Shown here: one piece after another, positions 10,418-20,608 of the stretch
How positions within the stretch are numbered: position 1 is the first letter of the stretch
Layout of the letters: the number at the start of each line of letters is the position of its first letter
NCBI GenBank assembly: GCA_963783575.1
Contig: CAWAOD010000003.1
Coordinates: forward strand, 192,001 to 256,000
Direction: 5' to 3'
Length of the DNA: 64,000 bases
From: an uncultured Spirochaetota bacterium
Lineage (GTDB): Bacteria; Spirochaetota; Brevinematia; Brevinematales; JAOACQ01
Notes under the pieces: generated by a model
What the model saw: the letters and a program-made list of their open reading frames with translations, nothing else
Databases searched by the model: none
Told to the model about the DNA's origin: nothing
Translations under genes and position numbers: made by a program

Positions 10418-11979
10418 ATGTTTATGTTAAAAATTTATGGCTTCTTGATTTCAGCGGTTTTATTTTTAATCTCATGTTCGATTAATTCAGGTATCAATAA
10501 AGATAATAATAATTCAACGCCACTTGGAAATCCGAGTAATTACAACGTTTACATTCTGACGGGGCAATCCCTGGGCGATAAAACCACCGCAATAAATGGT
10601 TTATCTGTCGATACTTCTTCCGTTGATTCAATTTCCGCATCAGTCCAATCTATTTTGATATCAACAAATAAACTTAAGGTAGTAACGGAAATCTCCGGCA
10701 CATACTGGGATTATACCGCTGATTTTACGGCCACAGCAAAACAGGTCCCCGATCTTTTTTACGGGGCCGGCTTGCAGTGGGGAAGCAAGTATTTTCTGAC
10801 AATGCCCAAATACCTGGAACTGGTGAAGCATCTCCGTATAAATATTATCCGCTTTCCCGCGGGACAGGAACGCTTCCGATACAACCGGCTTGCTGTTACA
10901 ACTTCAACAGATTCTTTGGGAAACTATCAGCCTTACCAGTATATCCTTACCGGAGAGGATATATCCAACTTCATTTCTCTCTGCAGGAATTTCAATATAC
11001 AGGCTGAACCTGAAGTAAACATATATAACGACGATGTTACAATGTGGAGCAATATGGCTGACCAGGTTGTAAATGAACTGGGGTATGATTTGAAATATAT
11101 CTCTTCCGGAAATGAGCCGGAGTATAATGCATTTTCAAACTGGATTTATTTAAATGCCACCAATCAATACCAGGGTATATCCAACTATATGGACCGTTTC
11201 CTCCGGTATTCGGCAGCCATAAGCGTCGTTAAGCCCGGAATAACTTTTTCCCTGGGGGAGCTGGGAAGCGACGCGTTATCTGATTTAAGCCAGTATATTG
11301 ACTGGATGATCTCAGGAAGGAACATTACTGTGCCTGTTGTCCTTTCTGCGCACTGGTATATGCTGGGAGACTATGGACAGCCTTTCTCTTACAGCGATTA
11401 TCCTTCAATCAGCAACCTGATTATCGGTAACGGAAATCCGAATCAGATAACCTTTCTTTCCAATTATTACAGCGTGTTAAGGCAGAAATCCGATCAGTAC
11501 CTTAATGGGGCTGGGATTTTCCTGGGTGAGTGGGCCACATCCTGGAGCGCTTCAGCGGGAGGCGAGCAGGTTCAGGACACTGTTGCCACTGCTATCTTCG
11601 TCGCGGAAGTCATGGAATACGCAAAAAAACTGGGCTTTAATTCAATGGAATATTTCGGGTCTCAGACCCGGTATCTTATTCCCCCTGGTGCACCTCAATG
11701 ATTTATGTGAACGGCGGTGATGTGTTTATCCGCCCCCAGTATTATATTTATATGATCTACAATTATCTCTGGGGAAACAAAATAGTAGATATTCCAAACG
11801 GGCAGGCCGATGATTATTCCATTTACGCTTCAAAAGATAACACTTATAATTATATTATGCTGATCAACCGGTCTGGCACCAGCACATTTACAAAGACAGT
11901 CAAAGTCATAACCCCAACCGGTACAAAATGGCTGCAACTAAACATATATCCTCATTCCGTTACCGTAATCCGATTTTAG
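10418..11979 (+). CDS. Lipoprotein glycoside hydrolase of clan GH-A, split by a frameshift near 11660
   Basis: Lipobox LISC; IIRFPAG, GNEPE and FLGEW motifs; shifting frame after YFG gives SDPVSYSPWCTSMIYVNGG..RPQYY, joining ORF 11698..11979 (C-terminal beta domain). Confidence 0.75.
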
Positions 11980-11994
11980 GCCGCCAGTAATTGA

Positions 11995-12014
11995 CAAGGG
12001 GCTTAAGCCCCTTG
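11995..12014. repeat. Perfect 20-bp palindrome (REP-like or terminator)
   Basis: CAAGGGGCTTAAGCCCCTTG. Confidence 0.7.
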
Positions 12015-12081
12015 CAGAACCAAGGCCGGTTTCACCCAGCGTAGTTGCAATTATTTATAAAATAATTTATAATTATAACCT

Positions 12082-12116
12082 TAACCTTGACGTTAAGGTT
12101 ACTGTCTTGGTATATT
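12082..12116 (+). promoter_or_regulatory. Promoter with overlapping MerR-type operator
   Basis: Dyad TAACCTT-gacgtt-AAGGTTA (12082..12101) overlaps TTGACG -35; TATATT -10 lies 18 bp downstream; directly upstream of merR-family gene. Confidence 0.65.
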
Positions 12117-12133
12117 TAATAAAGGAAGATAAA

Positions 12134-12559
12134 ATGGCGGAAAAGAAACAGAACTATTGTAAAATTGAAGAAGTGGCTATAAAGACAGGCCTGACAAAAA
12201 GGGCACTGCGGTATTATGAGGATATTCAGCTGCTCCACCCGATCCGCAAAGAATCCGGTTATAGATTGTACGCCGAGGAAGATATTGAAAAGGTTATCAG
12301 GATCAAGGAATTTAAAGAAAGCCTTGGATTTTCACTTAACGAGGTCAAAGATATTCTTGAACTGGAGAATAAATTAAAATCAATATTAAATGAAAACCGG
12401 GTCCATGACGATGAAATCCGGATATCAATAGAAAAGGTTAAAAAACAGATCCAGCTGATAGAAAGTAAGGAGAAAACCCTAATGAGGGTTAAGGCAAAAT
12501 ACAGGGAAACATTGAATAAACTGGAAGATTTATCAGGTAAAACTATGGAGGAGAAATAA
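12134..12559 (+). CDS. MerR family transcriptional regulator
   Basis: RALRYYEDIQLL, SGYRLY and LGFSL motifs; ATG at 12134 follows AAGGAAG. Confidence 0.92.
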   Translation: MAEKKQNYCKIEEVAIKTGLTKRALRYYEDIQLLHPIRKESGYRLYAEEDIEKVIRIKEFKESLGFSLNEVKDILELENKLKSILNENRVHDDEIRISIEKVKKQIQLIESKEKTLMRVKAKYRETLNKLEDLSGKTMEEK

Positions 12560-14046
12560 TGAAACGGGTTAATTATAAGTGGATAGCGCTTTCATGCACA
12601 TCGCTGGGAGCTTTGCTGTCCATCTTAAACGGAAGTACGCTCGTCATTGCGCTTCCGGAAATTATGAAGGATTTAAAAGCGGACTTAAACACTATTATCT
12701 GGACAATGATGGGCTACCTGCTGGTTTTAACAATCATTGTGCCTGCTATCGGCAGGATCGCGGATATTATCGGAAGAAAGATGCTTTTTGTTAGCGGATT
12801 TATTGTGTTTACCATCGGTTCATTTCTTTGTGGAATGTCTCATACCGGAATGGAACTCATATTATTCAGGCTTATTCAGGCAGTCGGAGGCGCTCTGCTT
12901 GTCGCGAACAGCGCTCCCATTGTAACCGACGCTTTTCACAGGAAAGAACTGGGAAGGGCGCTGGGTATAAACAGTATGATTATAAGTATTGCTTTTGTCG
13001 CCGGCCCTATACTTGGGGGCTTTCTTATGCAGTTCGGCTGGAGAAGCATATTTTATATTAATGTACCGATCGGGATTGTTGGATCAATCTGGGCCTGGAT
13101 ACAGCTCAAGGAACTTGACAGGCTACCGGCTCACCAGAAGTTTGACTGGAGCGGAATGCTGGCGTTTACCGCAGGAATGTTTTTGCTCCTGATAGCGCTA
13201 ACATTCGGCGGGTTTGCCGGATGGCTGAATATATATATAATAGCGATGTTTATTGTTTCCATCTTATTTCTTGTACTCTTCTTTTATATTGAAAATCATA
13301 AAGAACAGCCGATGCTTGATTTGATGCTGTTCAAGAGCAGGCTTCTCGCTTACGCATTCAGCAGCACACTCTTTAACGGAATCGCGAGGGGAGCAGTTAC
13401 TTTTTTGCTTGTATTCTACTACCAGGGAATAAGGGCAATGGACCCGCTTCTTGCCGGAATAATGCTGACGCCTTTTGCGGTATCGCAAATGGTTGTGTCT
13501 CCGGTCAGCGGCTGGCTTTCGGATAAACATGGATCAAGGGTTTTAAGCTCGGTTGGATTACTGATCTCCGCAATAGGCCTGATCGGCTTTATCAAACTGA
13601 CTCCTACGACATCATACCTGGAAATGATAATCTGGATGCTGATCATGGGATTCGGCTCAGGTATGTTCTTCTCTCCGAACACAAGCGCGATAATGGGTTC
13701 GGTACCTGTTGAAAAAAGAGGGATCGCCGCAGGTGTCAGGACAATGATGAATAATATGGGGACAGTTATAAGCATCGCCCTGGCTATGGCAGTCATTTCA
13801 ACCAGCATTACTTCCGAAGCCCTGCAGGGACTTTTTACAGGAACTCAGGTGGGTTCAAAAGGCATTGCCGTAGCTGAGTTTATGGCAGGTTTGAGGGTAG
13901 CTTTTATAATATCCATGATTTTCAGTATACTGGCGGCATTTTTATCCTACCTTAGAGGCAATCACCCGGTCTGGAAGCATGATTCAATTGAAAAGCCTGT
14001 CAAACATGTAAAGCCGATCGAATCCGACTGCAAAGAGATAATATAA
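12559..14046 (+). CDS. MFS drug efflux transporter (DHA2/EmrB-like)
   Basis: About 14 hydrophobic segments; GRIADIIGRK motif A; WRSIFYINVPIG. Confidence 0.92.
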   Translation: MKRVNYKWIALSCTSLGALLSILNGSTLVIALPEIMKDLKADLNTIIWTMMGYLLVLTIIVPAIGRIADIIGRKMLFVSGFIVFTIGSFLCGMSHTGMELILFRLIQAVGGALLVANSAPIVTDAFHRKELGRALGINSMIISIAFVAGPILGGFLMQFGWRSIFYINVPIGIVGSIWAWIQLKELDRLPAHQKFDWSGMLAFTAGMFLLLIALTFGGFAGWLNIYIIAMFIVSILFLVLFFYIENHKEQPMLDLMLFKSRLLAYAFSSTLFNGIARGAVTFLLVFYYQGIRAMDPLLAGIMLTPFAVSQMVVSPVSGWLSDKHGSRVLSSVGLLISAIGLIGFIKLTPTTSYLEMIIWMLIMGFGSGMFFSPNTSAIMGSVPVEKRGIAAGVRTMMNNMGTVISIALAMAVISTSITSEALQGLFTGTQVGSKGIAVAEFMAGLRVAFIISMIFSILAAFLSYLRGNHPVWKHDSIEKPVKHVKPIESDCKEII

Positions 14047-14077
14047 CAGCGGAAATTATTGTCATGGCGTTTGATTT

Positions 14078-15052
14078 ATGAATATAATTGAAGTCAGCCA
14101 TTTAAAGAGGAATTTCGGTAATTTCATGGCTGTAAAGGACATATCTTTCACTATTAAAGAAGGTGAGATATTCGGACTTCTGGGACCGAACGGCGCCGGA
14201 AAATCCACGACCATCAAAATGCTTGTAACACTGCTTAAAAGCTCGGGCGGAACCGCAAAAATAAACGGATTTGATATTGACAGGGAAAATAAGAAAGTCA
14301 GAAAGTCAGTAGGGATAATCTTTCAGGACCCAAGCCTTGATGAAAGGCTTACCGCATGGGAGAATTTATATTTTCACTCTAAACTTTATCATATACCTTC
14401 TTCCCGTATAAAAGACTGTATAAATAATGCCCTCGAACTGGTAGACCTGACTTCAAGAAAGGACGATCTTGTCATGAACTTTTCGGGAGGAATGAAGCGC
14501 CGGCTTGAGATAGCAAGGGGTGTTATCCATAGTCCAAAAATACTGTTTCTCGATGAGCCGACTATCGGGCTTGATCCTCAAACCAGGAAGCATATATGGC
14601 AGTATCTTGAAGGCTTAAGGAAAACAAACCGCCTTACTATGCTTCTTACGACTCACTATATGGAAGAAGCCGAGATAAGCGACCGGATCGCTATAATTGA
14701 TCATGGGGAAATTATCGCCCTGGATACCCCGGAAAACCTGAAAAAGAACCTGAAGAAAGACTTCCTGCTGATTAAATCGGATAATAATGAAAAATTTTCA
14801 GCACTGATAAAAAAGCATTTTAAGATCGAGCCTGAGATGGAAAACGGCGTGATAAGACTTGCCGTTGAAGACGGGAAAACATTCCTTCCTCTTCTTTTCC
14901 GGCAATTTGCCGGGTATATTACAAGCGTTGACATCAAGAAGCCCGGGCTTGAAGATGTTTTTATCAAGCTTACCGGAAGAAAAATCCGGGAAGAGGAAGC
15001 AAGTTCTACTGACAAACTTCGCAATAATGTAAAGAGAAGGGGTAGAAAATGA
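14078..15052 (+). CDS. ABC transporter ATP-binding protein (DrrA-like)
   Basis: GPNGAGKST, FSGGMKRR, LFLDEPT and THYMEEAE motifs. Confidence 0.93.
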   Translation: MNIIEVSHLKRNFGNFMAVKDISFTIKEGEIFGLLGPNGAGKSTTIKMLVTLLKSSGGTAKINGFDIDRENKKVRKSVGIIFQDPSLDERLTAWENLYFHSKLYHIPSSRIKDCINNALELVDLTSRKDDLVMNFSGGMKRRLEIARGVIHSPKILFLDEPTIGLDPQTRKHIWQYLEGLRKTNRLTMLLTTHYMEEAEISDRIAIIDHGEIIALDTPENLKKNLKKDFLLIKSDNNEKFSALIKKHFKIEPEMENGVIRLAVEDGKTFLPLLFRQFAGYITSVDIKKPGLEDVFIKLTGRKIREEEASSTDKLRNNVKRRGRK

Positions 15053-15804
15053 TGACAGGCATACTTGATGCGCTGACAATAGCAAGAAGGGACATCATAC
15101 GAAGTTTCAGACAGAAAAGCCAGCTTTACGGATCGCTTGTTAGGCCGTTGATATGGCTTTTCCTGCTCGGGAACGGCCTGAGAGCTTCGTTTACAAGCCT
15201 TCCCGGAGGATTCAATTATACGCAGTATATCTTCCCGGGAATGCTCGCAATGAATGTCCTTTTTGCCTCAATAATGGCGGGGACTTCCATCATCTGGGAC
15301 AGAGAGTTCGGTTTTTTAAAAGAAATAATGGCCGCTCCAGTTTCCAGGTTATCTATAGTTTTCGGAAAGACTTTGAGCGGAAGCGTGGTGGCTGTTATCC
15401 AGGGAATTATAGTACTTGTCTTTTACCCACTATTGGGGCTTAGACTTTCCGTATTACAGATTATCCTGACTATTCTGGGAATGTTTGTCATGGCTTTGGC
15501 AATCTGTTCAATCGGAGTTTTAATCGCAACCAGGATGCGTTCTTTTGAAGGTTTTGGGACAATTAATAATTTTCTGGTTATGCCTTTATTTTTTCTAAGC
15601 GGGGCAATGTATCCTATAACTTCAGTTCCCGCCTGGCTTAAAGCCCTGACTGTTATAAATCCGGTTACATACAGTGTAAATCTTCTCAGGGGAATCGTCT
15701 TGAAGCTTCCCGTAAATTACGGCTTAAGCATAGCCATGCTTTTCATAATTACCGCTGTAATCCTGTCAATGTCATTGTATCTGTTCAGCCAGGAAGGAAA
15801 ATAA
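15049..15804 (+). CDS. ABC-2 type permease
   Basis: DREFGFLKE, FFLSGAMYP and NPVTY motifs; overlaps the ATPase stop. Confidence 0.92.
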   Translation: MMTGILDALTIARRDIIRSFRQKSQLYGSLVRPLIWLFLLGNGLRASFTSLPGGFNYTQYIFPGMLAMNVLFASIMAGTSIIWDREFGFLKEIMAAPVSRLSIVFGKTLSGSVVAVIQGIIVLVFYPLLGLRLSVLQIILTILGMFVMALAICSIGVLIATRMRSFEGFGTINNFLVMPLFFLSGAMYPITSVPAWLKALTVINPVTYSVNLLRGIVLKLPVNYGLSIAMLFIITAVILSMSLYLFSQEGK

Positions 15805-15813
15805 AAAGCCATC

Positions 15814-16389
15814 CTAAAAGAGCCTTGTCAATTCATCCGTTGTGAGAAGAATCATCATGTTTTTCATATTTTGAAGCGAGCGAGTGTGTCCTTCCTGATT
15901 GTAAGATGACACTGCATCCGCTATTATAACAGGTAAGAATCCCCTGTTGAGGGCATCTCTGGCGCTTGATTCCACGCCAAGTTCGGTTGCGATACCTGAA
16001 AAGATAATTGTTGATAATCCGGCGTTCCTCATCATAAGTTCAAAATTTGTTCCGATGAATATGCTTGCGGTATTCTTGTTCAGTACGACATCATCTTTTT
16101 GCGGTTCAATTTCAAACTCGAGTCCTTCGGGACTATAATCCCCTGCCCTCTGCCTCAATTTCATCAGAAATTTTCTTGCGGGCGATTCAAATTTTTCGGG
16201 TAAAGGTGTAATCTTTGTAAAAAATATAGGAATCTTTTTCAGTCTGGCAATATCAATGAGTTTCTTTGTGCAGGTCAAAAACTCTTCCCTGTTGAAAATA
16301 TTGTTTACCAGCATTTTTTGGACATCCCAAACAACCAGAACTGTTTTTTCAGGATCAATGATTCCCCTTAATTCATGAATATTTTCCAT
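15814..16389 (-). CDS. Isochorismatase-like cysteine hydrolase family protein
   Basis: [14 protein letters not shown] and [15 protein letters not shown] motifs; ATG at 16389 follows GGAGG. Confidence 0.88.
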   Translation of the reverse strand: MENIHELRGIIDPEKTVLVVWDVQKMLVNNIFNREEFLTCTKKLIDIARLKKIPIFFTKITPLPEKFESPARKFLMKLRQRAGDYSPEGLEFEIEPQKDDVVLNKNTASIFIGTNFELMMRNAGLSTIIFSGIATELGVESSARDALNRGFLPVIIADAVSSYNQEGHTRSLQNMKNMMILLTTDELTRLF

Positions 16390-16434
16390 AGTCTTATTCC
16401 TCCTTTTATTGATAAAAATCATTCTATATTCTTT

Positions 16435-16772
16435 CATCCATTTATAGCAAAAATCACACCATTTGACGTAACCAAACTATCTGTTAATGTAAAGGCTACC
16501 GGAATCGTGCCGTCGCCAAACAGCTTTTTCCCTCCGCCAAGCGTCAGCGGGAATGTCTTGAGCCAGAGTTTCGTCCACTAGATCGTTCTTGAGCAGCAGT
16601 TGAATGAGCTGACTGCTGCCGTGCACCTGAATGTCAGATCCTTCCGAGCTTTTAAGCTTCTTAATACCTTCTATGTCTTTCAGGAACACTGAGTTTCCCC
16701 AATCCGATGTATCCATAGTATTGGACAGCACGTATTTTGTAACATCATTGATACCTGGCCAATAGTCTGCAT
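16435..16772 (-). pseudogene. Fragment of dihydrofolate reductase/RibD C-terminal family gene
   Basis: KYVLSNT...IQVHGSSQLIQLLLKNDLVDE, then frameshift to LWLKTFPLTLGGGKKLF; N-terminal half absent. Confidence 0.8.
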
Positions 16773-16833
16773 GTAACTACTCAGTTAAGTTTAATTTTGG
16801 AAACAGAGCAAAATCAGCACTGAGTAGTCACAT
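16771..16833. repeat. Small element with 15-bp terminal inverted repeats (MITE-like)
   Basis: ATGTAACTACTCAGT ... ACTGAGTAGTCACAT (14/15 match), located at the pseudogene breakpoint. Confidence 0.6.
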
Positions 16834-16840
16834 TAATTTT

Positions 16841-17584
16841 TTAGAAATATGCTGCGATTCCCATTTGAATGCTCAGTGGATTTATTGATATACCATTTCC
16901 GGTAAAGCCGGTTCCTGATTCGAATAATTCACTTGTAGATACAGATGAATTTGTAGAATTTCCATACAACTGGTTATAGCGCACAGACAAACCGTATTCA
17001 GCAAAAAGGCTGATATTCTTTGTAATAAACCACTCTACACCAAGACAAAGCCTTGCTCCAATACTCCATGAAAAATTCCAGTATTTTGAACTTTGTATTT
17101 CTGTAGAGTCCGCCTGATCATCAATCTGTATATTGCTGGAAACTGAATTATTGTATCCAATGGATATCATGGGTCCGATCCCAATATAGGCCTTAACCGG
17201 ATCAAATGGGTTTAAAAAATATTGATAATCGGCATTAATACCGAAAGTAATTGAAGTTCCTGTATTAGTAACCAGTGAACCGAGATTATTTGTTTCCATA
17301 GAAGAAATGTAATTATTAGTAATGGACTGAATCCCGTTGGTAACGCTGAATGATCCGGAAAGCCCCAACCGGATGGCAGAATTATTGTTTAATTGAAATT
17401 TTGCAGCAATCAGATTATTACCGCTGTAGCTGCTGAGATTAAATAAACCGCTAAGACCAAACTCTAATGCAAATCCATTTACTGGATACAGATTGTTAGT
17501 CGAAATTTCTTCCGTAAATACAATTGAGCTTGATAACATAAAAATTACCAGGATCATTACCATTAAAATTTTTTGCATTTTCAA
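16841..17584 (-). CDS. Outer-membrane beta-barrel protein
   Basis: Signal peptide; LGVEWFITKNISLFAEYG strand pattern; terminal AAYF. Confidence 0.75.
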   Translation of the reverse strand: MKMQKILMVMILVIFMLSSSIVFTEEISTNNLYPVNGFALEFGLSGLFNLSSYSGNNLIAAKFQLNNNSAIRLGLSGSFSVTNGIQSITNNYISSMETNNLGSLVTNTGTSITFGINADYQYFLNPFDPVKAYIGIGPMISIGYNNSVSSNIQIDDQADSTEIQSSKYWNFSWSIGARLCLGVEWFITKNISLFAEYGLSVRYNQLYGNSTNSSVSTSELFESGTGFTGNGISINPLSIQMGIAAYF

Positions 17585-17864
17585 CTCCTTTATAAAATTT
17601 ATAATAGTTATTTTTATAGAATTTCATAAATTAGCAATTTGTCTAAATAATAAAAATGAAATTTTCATCCCTGGTAATTCAGAATATGTTAACTGCAATT
17701 GTTCATATAAGTCTAATTTTTTAATTTGGTTGCACTTTCCAAATATTTTTTACCGCTGATCAATTTCCTCAACAAAAATATTAATTTATAGTTCTGCTAA
17801 TAGTGCAAAATAATTGTTTTTTTTATGCAGATTCGATATTATATTGTTTTATAGGAGCGATAAT

Positions 17865-19031
17865 ATGAAAGGATTAAGCTATTTATTGATCGGTTTTATT
17901 ATATTGGCAGCGGCTTGCTGTGCAATATCAAATAATAACAGTTCAAGCAACTCGTCATCATCTAAAGTTACCACCGGGAGTTCATCATCACAGGTAACCC
18001 TTTCCTTTCTTGGGGTTCAGGGGACTTCATTCACAAATGCGGATAGCGCTAATTTCCGCTTTATCGGTATTAATCTAGATCCCTGGCGCTTCATTGTTCA
18101 GTCCGGGGAGGTTTATTCCAAATCCGATTTCGACTTATGGCTTAATGAAGGAAAATCATTGATTGGAGTGAAAGCCGTCCGTATGCACATCAACGGCGGA
18201 GCTTTCGAACCTGCAATCGGCAATTATTCGGAATCCGCTTTTCGGCAGCTGGATGAACTGCTTGCCTCAGCACGCGATAATGGCTTGTATGTGATCATCG
18301 CGCTTCGGGATTATCTCTGGAGTCCCTGGCCGGCAAGCGCTTATGATCCATACTGGTATCTAGGCGGCGGAAATGTTTCAATCCCGAATAAAGACGCCAT
18401 ACTTACCAACCAAACTGCAAAAGCTTATTTTAAAAATTTTATACAGTATGTTCTTTTCAGAACCAATTCTCTGAATCAGGTTGTTTACAAAGACGATCCT
18501 GTAATAATGGCATGGGAAGTCATCAACGAGCCGAACGTCATTGACGGTGTTTTCAGCAACTGGCTCATAGAAATGGGTAATTTTATACATTCCAACGATA
18601 CCAAACATCTTCTTACCGTCGGAATTGGCGGGGCTGAGGGATCGTGGTGGCATTCCGGAAATTCAGACTGGTCCGAATTGAATGTCCCTCAGATGGATTT
18701 CATAGACCTGCATTATTACGCCGATGCCGGTCTTTATAATCCTGTCGATACGCAAAACACCCTTGAAATTCAAGACAGGGCCTCAGCCGTTCTATCGATT
18801 GGCAAACCGGTTGTTTTCGGAGAATTCGGCTGCATCAACACCAATTCCGATTTGACTATCAACAATCTGTACAAAACCATACTAAGCAATTCTGTCATCG
18901 CAGGCGGATCGGGAGGATTTCCTTATTCCTGGGGCCCTCCAGGACCAAACGGCTGGGGCGGAGAAGGCGGTTTCTGCATTTTCACAAACCGTCCGGCTGT
19001 TTTTAACGGGCTTAAAAATCTATTGAATTAG
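17865..19031 (+). CDS. Glycoside hydrolase family 5 (mannanase/cellulase-like), probable lipoprotein
   Basis: AWEVINEP acid/base, DLHYY and FGEFG nucleophile motifs; Cys-containing signal and Ser-rich linker; ATG at 17865 follows AGGAG. Confidence 0.87.
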   Translation: MKGLSYLLIGFIILAAACCAISNNNSSSNSSSSKVTTGSSSSQVTLSFLGVQGTSFTNADSANFRFIGINLDPWRFIVQSGEVYSKSDFDLWLNEGKSLIGVKAVRMHINGGAFEPAIGNYSESAFRQLDELLASARDNGLYVIIALRDYLWSPWPASAYDPYWYLGGGNVSIPNKDAILTNQTAKAYFKNFIQYVLFRTNSLNQVVYKDDPVIMAWEVINEPNVIDGVFSNWLIEMGNFIHSNDTKHLLTVGIGGAEGSWWHSGNSDWSELNVPQMDFIDLHYYADAGLYNPVDTQNTLEIQDRASAVLSIGKPVVFGEFGCINTNSDLTINNLYKTILSNSVIAGGSGGFPYSWGPPGPNGWGGEGGFCIFTNRPAVFNGLKNLLN

Positions 19032-20121
19032 CATGTTTTTGTTTGTTTTTAATATAACAAAAAGCCGGAGATTGTGCGCCGTCATTCCACAAGTGGATGG
19101 AGCTTCCAAGGCAGTATTTAAATTCTTTACATCCGGTACAGATACCTGTTTTCATCCAGCCTCGGTTTCTGAATTGATGGAATCCATTTTCCCAGAGATT
19201 TCGAAAATCATCCCTAATAATATTGCCTTCATAAAAATATGCCGCATTATTTGAACAACCGGTGATACTTCCGTCGCTCAATATTGACGCGATATTTACT
19301 CCTGCGCGGCAGAAAAATGGAAAATCACGAACTTTCCTGTCGGTTGCAAAATTCATATATCTTTCACAGCTGTAGTTCAGAGAAATCCCGCGTTTTTTAT
19401 AATAAGGCCTGTTTTGGGAGACCCAATCGAGAAGTTCTCTAGTTTTGTTAAAATCAAGATTAAGTTCAGGGTGTTTAAAAACTCTACCTGAAGGGAAAAT
19501 ACGGAAAATCCTCCATGAATTCATACCGGAATCGATGATTATTTGCCCAATAAGATCGAGATTATTGAAATTACCGGGATGAACACATGTTACCACATCC
19601 TTGAAATCCGGCCCGGCAGAAGTTTTACCGACAAGTTTTATTGCATTCACCGCTTTTTTAAATGACCCTTTTTCATTGCGCAATTTTTCATGAGCTTCCT
19701 TCCCGCCGTCAAGACTTATTGTGATACTTTTTATGCCATGGTCTAAAAATCCCTTCCAGTTAGATTCAGAGAGAAGCTGGCCATTCGTGACCATACTCCA
19801 TTGAAATCCTTTTTCATAAAGCGCACCGGTTATTTGCTTGAGTCCGGGATGCATAAGCGGTTCACCGCCTGTTATTACAATAGATGGTTTTTGAGAGAAA
19901 CTTTTATCCAGATATTCTATTATCTTTAACCAGGAATCTGTTGTTAATTCGCCGTTCTGTATATCAGACCTGCAGTCCGAACCGCAATGAAGGCAGTAAA
20001 GGTTGCAAAGACGGGTTATCTCAAAGAATAAATAAAGTAGAATGTGATCTTTAATTTCAAGACTCTTATAATAACGATGTAAAACTTTTTGAAACTGGAA
20101 AGTTATTTTATTGAACATCAT
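19012..20121 (-). CDS. Radical SAM/SPASM domain protein
   Basis: CNLYCLHC, TGGEP, CRAG...GSITGC and CTGC...YCLGS...C SPASM cysteines. Confidence 0.92.
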   Translation of the reverse strand: MMFNKITFQFQKVLHRYYKSLEIKDHILLYLFFEITRLCNLYCLHCGSDCRSDIQNGELTTDSWLKIIEYLDKSFSQKPSIVITGGEPLMHPGLKQITGALYEKGFQWSMVTNGQLLSESNWKGFLDHGIKSITISLDGGKEAHEKLRNEKGSFKKAVNAIKLVGKTSAGPDFKDVVTCVHPGNFNNLDLIGQIIIDSGMNSWRIFRIFPSGRVFKHPELNLDFNKTRELLDWVSQNRPYYKKRGISLNYSCERYMNFATDRKVRDFPFFCRAGVNIASILSDGSITGCSNNAAYFYEGNIIRDDFRNLWENGFHQFRNRGWMKTGICTGCKEFKYCLGSSIHLWNDGAQSPAFCYIKNKQKHANSIDF

Positions 20122-20155
20122 TCCTCTATTTTAGAATGAAATCAGAACGGACGTT

Positions 20156-20518
20156 CTAATTGGACATTATAAACAACTGATCATCGGAATCATCAAGCTT
20201 GTTTGTTTCAGTTTGAAATACACCGCCATTGTTTGTGCCGTCCGTATCACTGCTGATGGCGCAATAATCGTTGAAACTCTGAACATCCGGAATTGAAAAT
20301 TTCACTATGCCCTGATTATCTGTATTTTTACTAAAACTTCCTGATTTTGAAATCAATTCAACATATAAATCGGGAATAGGGACTGAATTTGTATCAGTAT
20401 ATTTTAATGATTTTATCTTTTCATTCACAGAAGCAACACCGCCGTAACAAGCCGCCAAAATAAGGCTACCGAAGCCTGTTGTCAATAAAAGGAGGAATTT
20501 TTTCATTTTATTAATCAT
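20156..20518 (-). CDS. Small radical-SAM-associated putative lipoprotein
   Basis: Lipobox LAAC followed by YG; DTDGTNNGGVF motif; immediately upstream of the radical SAM gene. Confidence 0.75.
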   Translation of the reverse strand: MINKMKKFLLLLTTGFGSLILAACYGGVASVNEKIKSLKYTDTNSVPIPDLYVELISKSGSFSKNTDNQGIVKFSIPDVQSFNDYCAISSDTDGTNNGGVFQTETNKLDDSDDQLFIMSN

Positions 20519-20608
20519 AGCCTCACTCCTTTAAATTATTATTTTTATCATAATAAATCCAGTTATTTCAGTCAAGTTATGTGCTTAATCTGATAAAAAT
20601 CAAACTTA

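Noticed and set aside
19012..19031. 20-bp 3' overlap of convergent GH5 and radical SAM genes
   Set aside because: Short convergent overlaps are common and imply no functional link
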